IMG/VR virus record: IMGVR_UViG_3300022752_000054
Span: 1 to 64,000 of that record
Source of the DNA: a virus
Reading direction: 5' to 3' (one strand)
Length of the DNA: 64,000 nt
The notes beneath the pieces were generated by a model. The model was not told where the DNA came from and did not search any database. It saw nothing but the letters and a program-made list of their open reading frames with translations. The translations under genes were made by a program, and so were the position numbers. Below, piece after piece: positions 26,853-37,256 of this stretch (position 1 is the stretch's first letter; every line of letters begins with the position of its first letter).

Positions 26853-27359
26853 ATGATGAAAATTACATCTTCACAAAAGTTGTTTCTACATAACGTTCTT
26901 TTTCACTATCTCACCCTTCCAGATGTCAGCGTCAGAACTCAAGATAAAGTTGAAGAGATCATGCAAATTCTTGAAAATGAACTCATTCATCATGATCATG
27001 AAGATGATGATTTAGATGACGAACAAAATGAAAACGTAAAAGTAGAACTTCACCCTTACGATGAAGAAGTTTCTGCATGGAATTTGATGGATTTGCCTCC
27101 TTGCAGGGTAAAAACGCCCCGTGGCGAATCTGGTAATCTATCTTTCTTCGGTGATGACGAGGATCTTCGATTTGATGTCATCGATGACGACGGCACAGTC
27201 ATCGATGACGGAGAAAAAGTATTGCAGATTGTCCGCCGTGGTAAAGAGATTGCACTTCTTAATGAAGATGGTGATGAAAAGACCTTTCAAGTCGCAAAAT
27301 TCCCGAAGGAGTGGACTAGCTTACTTAAGGCTAACGTAATTCATGGTGTGGTGGATTGA
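26853..27359 (+). CDS. acidic hypothetical protein
   Basis: long ORF. Confidence 0.65.
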   Translation: MMKITSSQKLFLHNVLFHYLTLPDVSVRTQDKVEEIMQILENELIHHDHEDDDLDDEQNENVKVELHPYDEEVSAWNLMDLPPCRVKTPRGESGNLSFFGDDEDLRFDVIDDDGTVIDDGEKVLQIVRRGKEIALLNEDGDEKTFQVAKFPKEWTSLLKANVIHGVVD

Positions 27360-27679
27360 GTATGATGTTACAGCTATCACCTCAAGAATTGCTTGACTTA
27401 TATAAAGCCGTATTACTTTCGAACGACTCTGTTTCACGTCATGATATTCTCATGAAAATAGAGCATATAATGCTTTCTTCGTTAGAAAATTCTTGGCAAA
27501 AAACCGTAACGACAGGGTTTGATAAATGGTTAAAGTCTGAGACAAACAAGATTAAAGATCTAGAAGACGAGATTAAGAAAATAAATGAATCAATACCTAG
27601 GGAAGAATTAATTAAAAAATTTGTGCCTGCTTCTTCCTCAAGAAATAAGCAAAAAGGAAGACCGAGAAAAAACAAATGA
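27356..27679 (+). CDS. hypothetical protein (C-terminal KGRPRK, AT-hook-like)
   Basis: coupled ORF. Confidence 0.6.
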   Translation: MSMMLQLSPQELLDLYKAVLLSNDSVSRHDILMKIEHIMLSSLENSWQKTVTTGFDKWLKSETNKIKDLEDEIKKINESIPREELIKKFVPASSSRNKQKGRPRKNK

Positions 27680-27683
27680 TTCA

Positions 27684-27745
27684 GGGGCCAAAATAGTTTC
27701 GACGAAGTTCTAATGCCAAATGACACAGGCCCAAGTGAACGAGTA
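27684..27745 (+). pseudogene. possible 5' remnant of a tmRNA gene
   Basis: GGGGCCAAAATAGTTTCGAC resembles the ssrA 5' end; no 3' half found. Confidence 0.3.
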
Positions 27746-27768
27746 TCAGCATACTTATATAAAAATAT

Positions 27769-28371
27769 ATGAACATCATTAAAGACATCTCAAAGCGTTT
27801 AGAAAAAGTCGAGCTGCGTTACAGCCCGGTGATCATCAGGGTGAATAAATTTGACGAGGAGGCCGCTGAAAAGTTCTCCAACCAAATGTCGGCCGCTCAG
27901 TCCACGGGTCAAACGATGATCCCCGTGGTCATAGACTCTTATGGGGGTCAAGTCTACTCTCTCATGTCCATGATCGCAAACATTAAGGCTTCAAACATTC
28001 CGGTGGCAACAATCGTCGAAGGTAAGGCTATGTCATGCGGAGCTTTGTTATTCAGTTATGGTGCTTCTGGATATCGCTTCATGGATAAACATGCAACCAT
28101 CATGATCCATGACGTCTCCAGTGGTGCGCGCGGCAAGATCGAAGAGATCAAGGCCGACGCAAAAGAAGGTGACAGGTTGAATCAGCTTGTGTATAGAGAA
28201 ATGGCCGCAAATTGTGGTAAAGAACCTGAATTCTTTTTGAAGCAAATTCATGATAGGTCACACGCCGACTGGTATTTGGACGCAGAAGAAGCCCAATCGA
28301 TCGGTCTGGCAAACCATTTACGAGTTCCTAGCCTCAAGGTGAAGGTCGACGTGTCTTATAGCTTTGAGTGA
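27769..28371 (+). CDS. clpP: ClpP-like serine protease
   Basis: IDSYGGQV; GKAMSCG (Ser); IMIHD (His); DWYLDAEEA...GL. Confidence 0.88.
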   Translation: MNIIKDISKRLEKVELRYSPVIIRVNKFDEEAAEKFSNQMSAAQSTGQTMIPVVIDSYGGQVYSLMSMIANIKASNIPVATIVEGKAMSCGALLFSYGASGYRFMDKHATIMIHDVSSGARGKIEEIKADAKEGDRLNQLVYREMAANCGKEPEFFLKQIHDRSHADWYLDAEEAQSIGLANHLRVPSLKVKVDVSYSFE

Positions 28372-28425
28372 TCAAACAATTATAATTCGTTGGCGATTTT
28401 AAGCCATAATTATTCTTGTGGGACA

Positions 28426-28504
28426 TCTACAGATGTCTCTGAGGAGTAATTATGGCTATAAATTTTAATGGTGTGAGAATAAAACCCGCATCTGGTGGTG
28501 CAGG
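28426..28504 (+). repeat. 79-bp exact direct repeat (second copy 29687-29765) covering the RBS and gene start
   Basis: identical sequence. Confidence 0.9.
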
Positions 28505-29579
28505 TGGCGGAGTTTCTTGGCCTGGTGATGGAACTAAGTTGCTATCCGGTGACGGTTCACAGGTTATTGTTGGTGATGGTTTGACTTTGTCTGCCGGAAC
28601 ATTATCATCTAGTGGATCAGTTGGACCTCAAGGTCCTCAAGGTCCTCAAGGTCCTCAAGGTCCTCAAGGTCCTCAAGGTGCTACAGGTGCTACAGGTGCT
28701 ACAGGTGCTACAGGTGCTACAGGTGCTACAGGTGCTACAGGTGCTACAGGTGCTACAGGTGCTACAGGGTCTTCGGGATCTACATATATAGCAACGGTAG
28801 GAGACTCAACAGTTTCTTTGCTTCTTCACATGAATGGAGCAAACAACAGCACAACATTTACCGACAATTCTTATACACCAAAAGCTGCCACGGTTAGTGG
28901 CAATGCAAAGATTAGTACAACCGATAGCAAATTTGGCGGGTCTAGCGGATATTTTGATGGAAATGGCGACTATTTCTATTATTCGTATAATAACGATTTC
29001 AACTTAAGTACAGGAGATTTTACGATAGAAGGTTGGGTAAACCCCAGCTCTCTTGCATCTCAAATGTGTCCAATTGCAAAACATCAAACTACCATTTCTC
29101 AAGATTGGCAATTTTATATTATAAACTCTACGACAATTGGCTTTGCTGCATCTGGTCTTGTGACGAGAACGGTTCCAACGATAACAACGGGAACCTGGTA
29201 TCACTTTGCCGTAGTAAAACTCTCAGGTAACACATCCATCTATTGGAATGGTATTAGACAAGGAGCAACTTTTGCCAATGTACCAACTAATTCCGTAGCT
29301 GCAGTTGTAATTGGCGCTGACAGATTGAATGCTATTCAATATCCATTTCACGGATATATCGATGAAATTAGAGTCAGCAAAGGTATCGCAAGATATTCTA
29401 CTGATTTCACACCTTCTGCAACAGCTTTCGCAAATCCAGATGGCTCGGCTGAACTGCCTGCCGCCCCTGCAGTAGGAAATGTCGTTTACTCCGACACGGG
29501 AATCTACGTTTGCTCTAGTGCTTCTCCTGTTGTTTGGAAAAAATTTGACGGAGCACCAACACAAACTATAACAATCTAG
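28452..29579 (+). CDS. fibre protein: shared anchor + collagen repeat + LamG domain
   Basis: (GPQ)6(GAT)10; SLLLHMNG...GDFTIEGWV...[15 protein letters not shown]. Confidence 0.85.
   Translation: MAINFNGVRIKPASGGAGGGVSWPGDGTKLLSGDGSQVIVGDGLTLSAGTLSSSGSVGPQGPQGPQGPQGPQGPQGATGATGATGATGATGATGATGATGATGATGSSGSTYIATVGDSTVSLLLHMNGANNSTTFTDNSYTPKAATVSGNAKISTTDSKFGGSSGYFDGNGDYFYYSYNNDFNLSTGDFTIEGWVNPSSLASQMCPIAKHQTTISQDWQFYIINSTTIGFAASGLVTRTVPTITTGTWYHFAVVKLSGNTSIYWNGIRQGATFANVPTNSVAAVVIGADRLNAIQYPFHGYIDEIRVSKGIARYSTDFTPSATAFANPDGSAELPAAPAVGNVVYSDTGIYVCSSASPVVWKKFDGAPTQTITI
28623..28766 (+). repeat. 9-bp coding tandem repeats (GGTCCTCAA)6(GGTGCTACA)10
   Basis: near-perfect tandem array. Confidence 0.95.
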
Positions 29580-29594
29580 TCGTTAAACACAACA

Positions 29595-29639
29595 AAAACT
29601 ATTCAGGACCTCGGCCTTTCAACCTTGGTCCTGAATTTT
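29595..29639 (+). terminator. terminator, duplicated at 30728-30772
   Basis: ATTCAGGACC/GGTCCTGAAT + T-run; 44 of 45 nt identical between copies. Confidence 0.8.
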
Positions 29640-29712
29640 ATTAATGACTAATTCATTAATTATGTCATATTTATTCTTAAGAGATGTCTACAGATGTCTC
29701 TGAGGAGTAATT

Positions 29713-30714
29713 ATGGCTATAAATTTTAATGGTGTGAGAATAAAACCCGCATCTGGTGGTGCAGGGGGCGGTGTTTCCTGGCCCGGGGATGGAACAAAGC
29801 TTCTAGCTGGTGACGGTTCGCAGGTCGTTGTTGGCGATGGTCTGGATTTGTCTGCGGGTACGCTAACTGCAGGTGGTTGGCAGACAGTTTTAGATATAGA
29901 CTTTACAACTCAAGCTGCGCAGACTTTCAGCACTGACGGCACGTACACGATCGCCGGAAAAACTTTTACTAAAGGAAATTCTTCAGCTGATTCAACCGCG
30001 GCCGCGTTGGTTCCTTCTGAAGGATTGAAGTTCATGCCTAATGCTGGTTCTGACTACAACGGATCTACACGTGGCATGCCATACCTGTGGACTCCGTTGA
30101 ACGGAATACTGCCAGCAGATCTTGCGTACAGCTGGAGTAGCAGGATTAGATTGTATGTTTCGTTGGGATCTAATAATATCAGCGCAAATTTCGACAATTT
30201 CGTTCTTGGACTTGACACAAATTCAACGACTTGGGGGATCATCATAAAATTGGGTTATGGCACTGGTGGTACAAATCCAACTACTGCTATGTTTTGGGAC
30301 ATAAATGGTACGGGTGGTAGCGTTGCTGGTAACGGAACTACATTCTTGAATGGTTCAAACTCTTACTCACTGGGTGCAGGTGGGATAAGAACTTTTTGTT
30401 TTGAATTTGGGTCGGTGAACAATTCGGGACCTGCCTTTACAAATGTAATGGAGTATAGAAACGGAAGCATGAATCCTGGTGATGCATTTCCTTCCATAAA
30501 AACATTCTCTCCTGGTCTATCTTGCAGTCTTAGAAATTATGCACAATTGCAAGATTGGTCTAGCACAGCACAAGGGTTTAATTCACATGGAAGCCCTTAC
30601 ATGAGTGGTGGACCTTGGGAATCTTTAGGAATTTTACTTGGCATGCAGAGAGCAGGAGGAACAGCCGGCTTGCATGGTAGATATCAAAGAGTCAGACTAG
30701 ACGTGCTAGTATAA
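29713..30714 (+). CDS. fibre protein: same anchor as 28452 with a different C-terminal domain
   Basis: first ~52 aa nearly identical to 28452..29579. Confidence 0.8.
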   Translation: MAINFNGVRIKPASGGAGGGVSWPGDGTKLLAGDGSQVVVGDGLDLSAGTLTAGGWQTVLDIDFTTQAAQTFSTDGTYTIAGKTFTKGNSSADSTAAALVPSEGLKFMPNAGSDYNGSTRGMPYLWTPLNGILPADLAYSWSSRIRLYVSLGSNNISANFDNFVLGLDTNSTTWGIIIKLGYGTGGTNPTTAMFWDINGTGGSVAGNGTTFLNGSNSYSLGAGGIRTFCFEFGSVNNSGPAFTNVMEYRNGSMNPGDAFPSIKTFSPGLSCSLRNYAQLQDWSSTAQGFNSHGSPYMSGGPWESLGILLGMQRAGGTAGLHGRYQRVRLDVLV

Positions 30715-30727
30715 TTAAAAATCATTT

Positions 30728-30772
30728 AAAACTATTCAGGACCTCGGCCTTTCGACCTTGGTCCTGAATTTT
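30728..30772 (+). terminator. terminator (second copy)
   Basis: as above. Confidence 0.8.
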
Positions 30773-30830
30773 TATTTATTTGCGTTTGTGCAACATCAAA
30801 TAATTATTGAAAGAATATTCTTGATGTCTC

Positions 30831-32765
30831 TCAAGCGTCACGCCACAAATTATTTGAAGCATACACAAGAATCTCTTCTGCGCTTTCGGCGGTGTATCCA
30901 TGATCCTTGATGAGTGTTGCCACCATCTCATTGTACTTTTCCTTCTGCTCCTCGTCACGAGTTTTGCTCTTGGTCACGACTCTAGCAAGTGATTTGACCG
31001 ATGAGATGAGGAATGATTCAATGGCCTCACGGAGTGGTTCATAAGAACGGAATCCGACCTTTTCGCCTCGACGCATTTTGGCGAACATGTAGGCGGCAAC
31101 GTCAGATCGGAATCCGTCGCGTGCGGAGCCGCTGATACCAATTTGCTCCTCAATTGAAGCCATGAATTGCTCGTCTGGCTTTCTCTCTTCTTTTGTGACG
31201 CGATCCTTGAGCTTAACGCGTGTGGTATAAGCCTCTGCATTGTCAAGGTAAGTGTCGAAGAGGGATTGAGCCTGTTCCTCGTAGGCGGAAATGAATGCCT
31301 TTGCGATCTCGTTCTCGAGGATCTTAAGGTATTCTTCACGAACTGTCTTCTGGAGAATTTCAAGGCACTTTGTCTTGAATGTCTCATCGTTGATCTGCTC
31401 TTTCACCATCTTGGTTAATGACTCAATGACAGAAACCGGCGTGATCATTCCTTTGTCGGATGCTGTGAGGGCATTATCCAACGCTTTGGTGATGAAGCGC
31501 GTGGAGATTCCATCCATACCCTCGTGTTTTGCTTCCTCACGAAGGTCTTTAATGTCGACCTTACGAACGCGACCTTTCTCTAAGACGTCCTCGCCGTTAT
31601 AGATCTTCATTTTCGTCAACAAATCGCATTTAGCCGAGGGTTTCAGGCGGCTCATGACTGAGAACATTGAAGCAACCTTGAGGGTGTGCGGTGCGATATG
31701 CGCTTTGAAGTCCGACTTACCGAGCATCTTTTCGTAGATCTTCTGTTCCTGATCAACTTCAAGGCAGTAAGGAACTGCGATCTTGACGATGCGGTCCATG
31801 ATAGCCTCATTGGTGTGCTCCGACTGGAATCGGTTCCACTCAGCCTCGTTGCAGTGGGCGAGAATGACGCCGTCGAAGTGAAGCATGTCCGATTTACCAG
31901 GTGATGGAACCCTCTTCTCCTGTGTGGCGGTGATGATGGTGTGGAGGAACTCGATCTCATTCTTGAAGACCTCGACCAGCTCCACGATGCCACGGTTGCC
32001 CACGTTGAATGCACCTGTGAGTGAGAGTGCTCGTGGATCATCCTCTGCGTATTTGTCAAGCTTAGAGATATCCACCGAGCCGATGAGGACAGAAACGTCC
32101 TGACTGTTGGCATCCATTGGAGGAACAGCAGCTACGCCTCTCCGTCCCCTCTGAGAGAACGTGGTCTCCTCGACCTCAAAATCCTCATACTTACCGCCAT
32201 AATCGTTGAGGAGCTTGTGACGTGCAACGGGAGAGATATCTCCATCAATCTTCACGTTGAGTGCCTTCTCAAATTCCGAACGAAGAGAACGTGGGACGAG
32301 TTGTAGGGGCTCACCACGATGAGGATCTCCCTTGAGGTGATAGTACTTCTTGCCTTCGAGCGCACGTTTAATGTGCTCTGTTAATGCTGATTTACCAGCT
32401 CCGACTGGTCCCATTAAGAGTAGAACCTGGCGAGATTCCTCACCCTTGTGTGCTGCTGAAGACAGGAACGACATGATCTTGTCAATGACCGTCTCCATTC
32501 CGAAGAACTCACCCTCAAAGTACTTGTGGACTTTAACGGCGTCGCCGTCAAACACCTTGAACTTGCGTGAGTCTGAGTCAGGCATCACGTAGGAACCGTG
32601 CTCCTCGATGGCCTCATAGAGCCTGCGATGCGCCGATTTTACTATTGATGGTTCCTTTTCGACGAGGTCGACGTAATCCATAAGATTACCAGAGAACTTT
32701 TTTGTTTTGGATGACTCTTCTCGAGCCGTTTGAATTTGTTTGAGTAGTTGCTTCTTGACGCTCAT
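30831..32765 (-). CDS. prkA: PrkA/YeaG AAA+ serine kinase family protein
   Basis: LLLMGPVGAGKS; SQDVSVLIG; GNRGIVELVEVFK; AHCNEAEW; VPYCL; HIAPHTL; EGMDGISTR. Confidence 0.93.
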   Translation of the reverse strand: MSVKKQLLKQIQTAREESSKTKKFSGNLMDYVDLVEKEPSIVKSAHRRLYEAIEEHGSYVMPDSDSRKFKVFDGDAVKVHKYFEGEFFGMETVIDKIMSFLSSAAHKGEESRQVLLLMGPVGAGKSALTEHIKRALEGKKYYHLKGDPHRGEPLQLVPRSLRSEFEKALNVKIDGDISPVARHKLLNDYGGKYEDFEVEETTFSQRGRRGVAAVPPMDANSQDVSVLIGSVDISKLDKYAEDDPRALSLTGAFNVGNRGIVELVEVFKNEIEFLHTIITATQEKRVPSPGKSDMLHFDGVILAHCNEAEWNRFQSEHTNEAIMDRIVKIAVPYCLEVDQEQKIYEKMLGKSDFKAHIAPHTLKVASMFSVMSRLKPSAKCDLLTKMKIYNGEDVLEKGRVRKVDIKDLREEAKHEGMDGISTRFITKALDNALTASDKGMITPVSVIESLTKMVKEQINDETFKTKCLEILQKTVREEYLKILENEIAKAFISAYEEQAQSLFDTYLDNAEAYTTRVKLKDRVTKEERKPDEQFMASIEEQIGISGSARDGFRSDVAAYMFAKMRRGEKVGFRSYEPLREAIESFLISSVKSLARVVTKSKTRDEEQKEKYNEMVATLIKDHGYTAESAEEILVYASNNLWRDA

Positions 32766-32798
32766 GTTGTTATGTATACCTCTCCCTGCTCCAGTGTA

Positions 32799-34103
32799 TC
32801 AAATCTCCCAAGTTTCATCTTCAATAATTGTGAAGAATTTCACGTCGCTACCCCACAGAGTCTTGACGTGTTCCACGACTTTATTGGCATGGCTTAATTC
32901 TAGATCTCGACCATCATGTTCATGTTTGATGATCAATGTACCATCTCTCTTTACGTCATCCACAAAGACAGCTGGAATGGATCCACCTGCCACTTGGTTG
33001 ACGAGATCTTTCTTCACCTCTTCCCACCCTAAGTCATCTGAAACTTCATCGACTGTAATTCCCTCGTGGCGCTTCGATGAATATGTGAAGAGATTGAGAT
33101 CCACGCAGTCCTCTTCCGTGAGATATTGGCGGAGGAAAGAAGCGTCATGGCATGTCTCTCTTGCGATGAAGCACTCTTCGATGCCATGCCTCTCCTTAAT
33201 CTTCTGGAATAGATGGAAGCCTAAGTGATAAGGATTGATCGCTCCCACGTGTGGTCTGACCACTTGGTTGTGCATTTTGATAAAAGGTAGATGCATACCA
33301 TCAGGTAGGTCCAACTCATGACACATGGTGTAGTGCCAGTAGGAAGCCCATCCTTCGTTCATGACCTTCGTTTGTATCTGTGGCCAGAAGTACTGGCCTT
33401 CGTCACGGCAAACGTCAATGATGTCGCGTTTCCAATCAGGCATCTTACCGTGTTCCGAGATGAAACCTAATAGATCATAATCAGGTTCTAGCGGAATTCT
33501 ATTGACATCGAAATTCTTATATTCATTTTTCTTGTCGTTGTTCATCAGTTCGACGTATTCGGCTCTGAGCTCTGCATGAGTCCTGCGGGTTTGTCCGTAC
33601 TTCGTCGTCTGGAACTGTATTGCGTGACAGGAGTCTATCACCTCTTCCACGTTTTCCACACCGATGTTGGGATTCTCAATGTAAGATTGGATTCTCTTCT
33701 TCGCCGCTCTGAACCGAGGCACAACTGTCTCAGGTCGTGTGGCCTTGAACATCCTGTTGTTCTTAAAGAAATCGCTATGTCCGACGCAATGCGCCATGAT
33801 GAGGATCTGCAGGTATAGTGGATTCTCACGCATGAGGTAAGCGATCGATGGATCACTGTTGATGATTAATTCATACGGCAAACCTTCCATACCTAGGTTA
33901 TAACGGTGGAATGTTTGTTCGAACGTTTTACCATAGGACCAATGATCGAAGTGTGTAGGAAGACCATGATAGGCCATGGCACCGATCATTGAATAATAAT
34001 CGAGAGTTTCATAGGCAATCTCAAACCAATCGAGATTGTGACCCTTGGCCAACTTGCAGATCTTATCATCCCATTCTGCCAATGTATCTAATGTGTAATC
34101 CAT
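32799..34103 (-). CDS. spoVR: SpoVR/YcgB family protein
   Basis: GLPTHFDHWSYGK; YELIINSDP; AHCVGHSDFFKNN; PQIQTKVMNEGWAS; NPYHLG. Confidence 0.93.
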   Translation of the reverse strand: MDYTLDTLAEWDDKICKLAKGHNLDWFEIAYETLDYYSMIGAMAYHGLPTHFDHWSYGKTFEQTFHRYNLGMEGLPYELIINSDPSIAYLMRENPLYLQILIMAHCVGHSDFFKNNRMFKATRPETVVPRFRAAKKRIQSYIENPNIGVENVEEVIDSCHAIQFQTTKYGQTRRTHAELRAEYVELMNNDKKNEYKNFDVNRIPLEPDYDLLGFISEHGKMPDWKRDIIDVCRDEGQYFWPQIQTKVMNEGWASYWHYTMCHELDLPDGMHLPFIKMHNQVVRPHVGAINPYHLGFHLFQKIKERHGIEECFIARETCHDASFLRQYLTEEDCVDLNLFTYSSKRHEGITVDEVSDDLGWEEVKKDLVNQVAGGSIPAVFVDDVKRDGTLIIKHEHDGRDLELSHANKVVEHVKTLWGSDVKFFTIIEDETWEI

Positions 34104-34105
34104 TT

Positions 34106-35278
34106 TCATCCTTTGGTCAAAGACACGCCTGTACCACCCATCAATGTTCTAAAAGCAGGCCATACGTCTGCCTTCTCTACCACCCTAACGGTCTTTAATT
34201 TTGGTCCGACGAGAGGTTGCATCGTTGTATGGAGCTTGTCTTGATTGTAATACCTTTCAGGTTCAATCTCGCAGTAACCGTACAGCTGACAGATGTCTTT
34301 TAGTTCACGGGCGAGACCTATGAACTTCTCATTGTCCGACGAGAAGTTATCACCGTCGGACGCCTGAAACGTGTAGATGTTCCATGATGACGGATGAAAT
34401 CGTTTACTTATCTCTTGTAACGTCAACTCCAAAGCGCTGGATGCGATCGTTCCTCCGCTGGTGGCTTCGGTAAAGAATTCTTTCTCTTCGACCACCCTCG
34501 CCTCGGTGTCGTGTGTGATGAAAACGACCTCAACCGTTTCGTACTTGGATCTAATGAACTGGTAGAGCAAGAAGAAGAAGGATCTTGCTAGGAACTTCTT
34601 GTCTTGCGTCATTGACCCGCTGACGTCCATCAAGAAAAATATGACTGCGTTGGTGCAAGGTTTCGGCGTGACCTTGAAGTGTCTGTACCTCAAATCGTCT
34701 TCGTGGAAAGAGAAGGTCTCTCCTTCTTCGGCCTTCTCAGGATCAAATCCTGCCGCCTTCATTCTCTTGATTCGAGCGATTGCAGACTTCTTCTTGTCTA
34801 GGCGTGGAAGAATACCATCGGTGCGATATCCATTCCTTTTCAGCTTGTCAGCTGATATGTTTGATAGTTGACGTCTCTGCAACTCGGGAAGTTGTAGTTC
34901 AGCGAAGAGATACTCTGCGAGTTCTTCTAACGTGATCTCAACATCGTAATACTCTTCTCCTTTTTTGTCGCTGGCTTTTTGAGGTTTTCCTTGACCTTGT
35001 TGCTGTCCCTCACCTATCTTTTGGCCACGTTTAACGTCTTTACCTGGAGCTGATCCAACTTGCTTGTTGCCGTTATTGTCGCCATAGACGAACTTGTATT
35101 CCTTAATTCCCCTGACAGGAACCCTGAATTTTTTCTTACCGTCTTGGCCTATGATGCTTTCATCTGCAACGATGTGATGGATTCCATCTCGAATTGCCTT
35201 CTCAATTTTCTGTTTGTGACGACGTCGATCGGAGGCAGATCGATCAGCGATTGTCTTATGTTCCTTAAAGATCGACAT
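34106..35278 (-). CDS. yeaH: YeaH/YhbH (DUF444) vWA-like protein
   Basis: DRRRH; FHEDDLRY; MDVSGSM; SGGTIASS; WNIYTFQASDGDN; leaderless class I promoter at 35286-35315. Confidence 0.92.
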   Translation of the reverse strand: MSIFKEHKTIADRSASDRRRHKQKIEKAIRDGIHHIVADESIIGQDGKKKFRVPVRGIKEYKFVYGDNNGNKQVGSAPGKDVKRGQKIGEGQQQGQGKPQKASDKKGEEYYDVEITLEELAEYLFAELQLPELQRRQLSNISADKLKRNGYRTDGILPRLDKKKSAIARIKRMKAAGFDPEKAEEGETFSFHEDDLRYRHFKVTPKPCTNAVIFFLMDVSGSMTQDKKFLARSFFFLLYQFIRSKYETVEVVFITHDTEARVVEEKEFFTEATSGGTIASSALELTLQEISKRFHPSSWNIYTFQASDGDNFSSDNEKFIGLARELKDICQLYGYCEIEPERYYNQDKLHTTMQPLVGPKLKTVRVVEKADVWPAFRTLMGGTGVSLTKG

Positions 35279-35310
35279 AGTTTTTATTATACTTCATTAA
35301 GAGGTTATTT

Positions 35311-35982
35311 TTAACCCAAACGTTCTCTTTCAAATCTTTCGACACCAGCCTTCGAGATTCGTGCCAATAGCGAATTAACGTCTACGGTTTTATCCTTAAG
35401 ACTTTCAACGAAGTTATCGTGATTCAATAATAACTTTTGAAAGATGGAATTTTCATTTCCTTTCGGGAAATACGCATTATCAAGTACGGGGTCTCCTAAC
35501 CACTGTCCTGTTTCTTTATCGCGACTCCAATTTCTGACTTTACAGTCATCAGAGTCATCTTCAGGAGTGGCCTTTTTCTCATCATCTACGTAGAAATTGT
35601 CAAGAGCTGTTTTTTTACGAGAACCTTGTTTGCTCCACCCTTTTACAGCGTCATCGGTAAGCGAGTTTCTATCAGGTATGAGTGGTCCTCCGACTGCAGC
35701 GAACATTGCAGGATATAAAACGCCTCCGTATCCACGACCACCTGCCATCTTAATTTCCCACGCCCCTGCGCAACGTTGCTTAGGCTTTTGAGCTGCGATG
35801 TATCCAACTACCGCTTGAGAAACGTCGTCTGCGTCTGGTTCGATTTTAGAAGGATAATACAACGTAATTGCCTTCATCCCCCAATCGCTTGCGTCTTCAT
35901 AGAACCCTGCTAATTCTTCCGTAGGAGAACTAACTTCCATTAACACTTGTCTGATGAATCTTCTAAGCTGTGTTTCTGACAT
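35311..35982 (-). CDS. LRxIIxEE-leader protein, GNAT-like paralog 1
   Basis: MSETQLRRFIRQVLME; GRGYGGVLY...PDRNSLT...W...LDN...DDC. Confidence 0.7.
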   Translation of the reverse strand: MSETQLRRFIRQVLMEVSSPTEELAGFYEDASDWGMKAITLYYPSKIEPDADDVSQAVVGYIAAQKPKQRCAGAWEIKMAGGRGYGGVLYPAMFAAVGGPLIPDRNSLTDDAVKGWSKQGSRKKTALDNFYVDDEKKATPEDDSDDCKVRNWSRDKETGQWLGDPVLDNAYFPKGNENSIFQKLLLNHDNFVESLKDKTVDVNSLLARISKAGVERFERERLG

Positions 35983-36057
35983 CCATGTGTAAATATACAA
36001 ACTGTTGTGGTAATCTTTCAAAAGAAAGCATAAAAGCTCGTAAGGAGGGTTGTTCTA

Positions 36058-36885
36058 GTGCCTGAAGGTCCTGAGCTTCGTCATTCAAGAGATCTTTTAC
36101 GTGAGATTTTGCTCAACAAACGCGTCAGAAAGTTCGAAGTAGTTGGTGGTAGATATATTAAGAAACCAGTCGAAGGATTGTCCGGATTTTTGCGAGACAA
36201 TGAAGCCAATTCCTATGTTATCGAATCCATCGACACCAAAGGCAAATTCATGTGGTGGAAGATGGGTCCCTGGAGGTTATGGTGTACCTACGGCATGTCG
36301 GGCCAATGGACCACTACACCTCCAGATAGAAACACTGCCGTTATACTCTCATACGGTGACGATCCGAAGAGCATCGGATTTCACGACGTTCGTAGGTTCG
36401 GCACGTTAAAATTCGTCAAAGATGAAAGAGAACATAGGAAGAAGTTGGAGAGTCTTGGACCTGATGTTCTCGGAGACGATGTATTACCACCAGAAATATT
36501 CGCAAAAAGAATGCTGAGTAAACCTAACAGGACGATTTGTGAGGCCCTCATGGACCAATCTGTGGTGGCTGGGATAGGAAATTACCTTCGCGCGGAACTC
36601 CTGTTTTCTTGTGGTATCGACCCATGGCGTAACGTGACGGACATTTCATCTCAGGAGTATGTGAGGTTGTGTGAGGAATCAGTGAGGATCTCTCGTCAGT
36701 CCTACTCATCTCAGGGAGCCTCCATCAAGACCTATAGAGACGTGAACGGATCGACAGGAACATCTCAATTTTCTTTCAAGGTGTACGCTAGGTCCAAATG
36801 TCCCAAGGGTCATGAAATTAACAATGAACGTGATGGCGGGGGAAGGATGGTTCACTGGTGTCCACAATGTCAACCGGCACGGTGA
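36058..36885 (+). CDS. mutM: Fpg/Nei DNA glycosylase
   Basis: MPEGPE; KGK; GMSG; DVRRFG; LGPD; LMDQSVVAGIGNY; C-terminal zinc finger WCPQCQ. Confidence 0.92.
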   Translation: MPEGPELRHSRDLLREILLNKRVRKFEVVGGRYIKKPVEGLSGFLRDNEANSYVIESIDTKGKFMWWKMGPWRLWCTYGMSGQWTTTPPDRNTAVILSYGDDPKSIGFHDVRRFGTLKFVKDEREHRKKLESLGPDVLGDDVLPPEIFAKRMLSKPNRTICEALMDQSVVAGIGNYLRAELLFSCGIDPWRNVTDISSQEYVRLCEESVRISRQSYSSQGASIKTYRDVNGSTGTSQFSFKVYARSKCPKGHEINNERDGGGRMVHWCPQCQPAR

Positions 36886-36917
36886 AAAGTCCCTATCTTT
36901 CATGTTATGTTAGATCC

Positions 36918-37256
36918 ATGCTAAGAGAATGTGTGGAGTGTAGCTGCATGTTCGATACAAATTCGCCTGCGAAGATTCGTGCCGGTGGCCGAGTCAACAC
37001 GTGCCCGGAGTGTTCGGTAGAATCTACGGTGAAATACCTGGGATTGGCCAACGGCGACGGCAAACAGGCTTCTGTCACCGTTCTTGCTTTTGACTCTACT
37101 GCTGATCGCGAAAAGTACTCATCATTTTACAGGAACAACGCAGGATACCATAAGGGCAAGAGCTGTCAATTAGGATCTCATCTGTCCACTGATCCAGGTG
37201 TAAGATTCAAGACGATCACTCAATCTTCGGCAACTAATCACAAAGGAAGAATGTAA
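36918..37256 (+). CDS. zinc-ribbon protein
   Basis: CVEC...CPEC; class I promoter at 36882-36911. Confidence 0.7.
   Translation: MLRECVECSCMFDTNSPAKIRAGGRVNTCPECSVESTVKYLGLANGDGKQASVTVLAFDSTADREKYSSFYRNNAGYHKGKSCQLGSHLSTDPGVRFKTITQSSATNHKGRM

Noticed and set aside
28426-30772. Diversity-generating retroelement or invertible shufflon
   Set aside because: There is no reverse transcriptase or recombinase in the window, the repeats are direct and flank the payloads, and there is no adenine-specific mismatch pattern.
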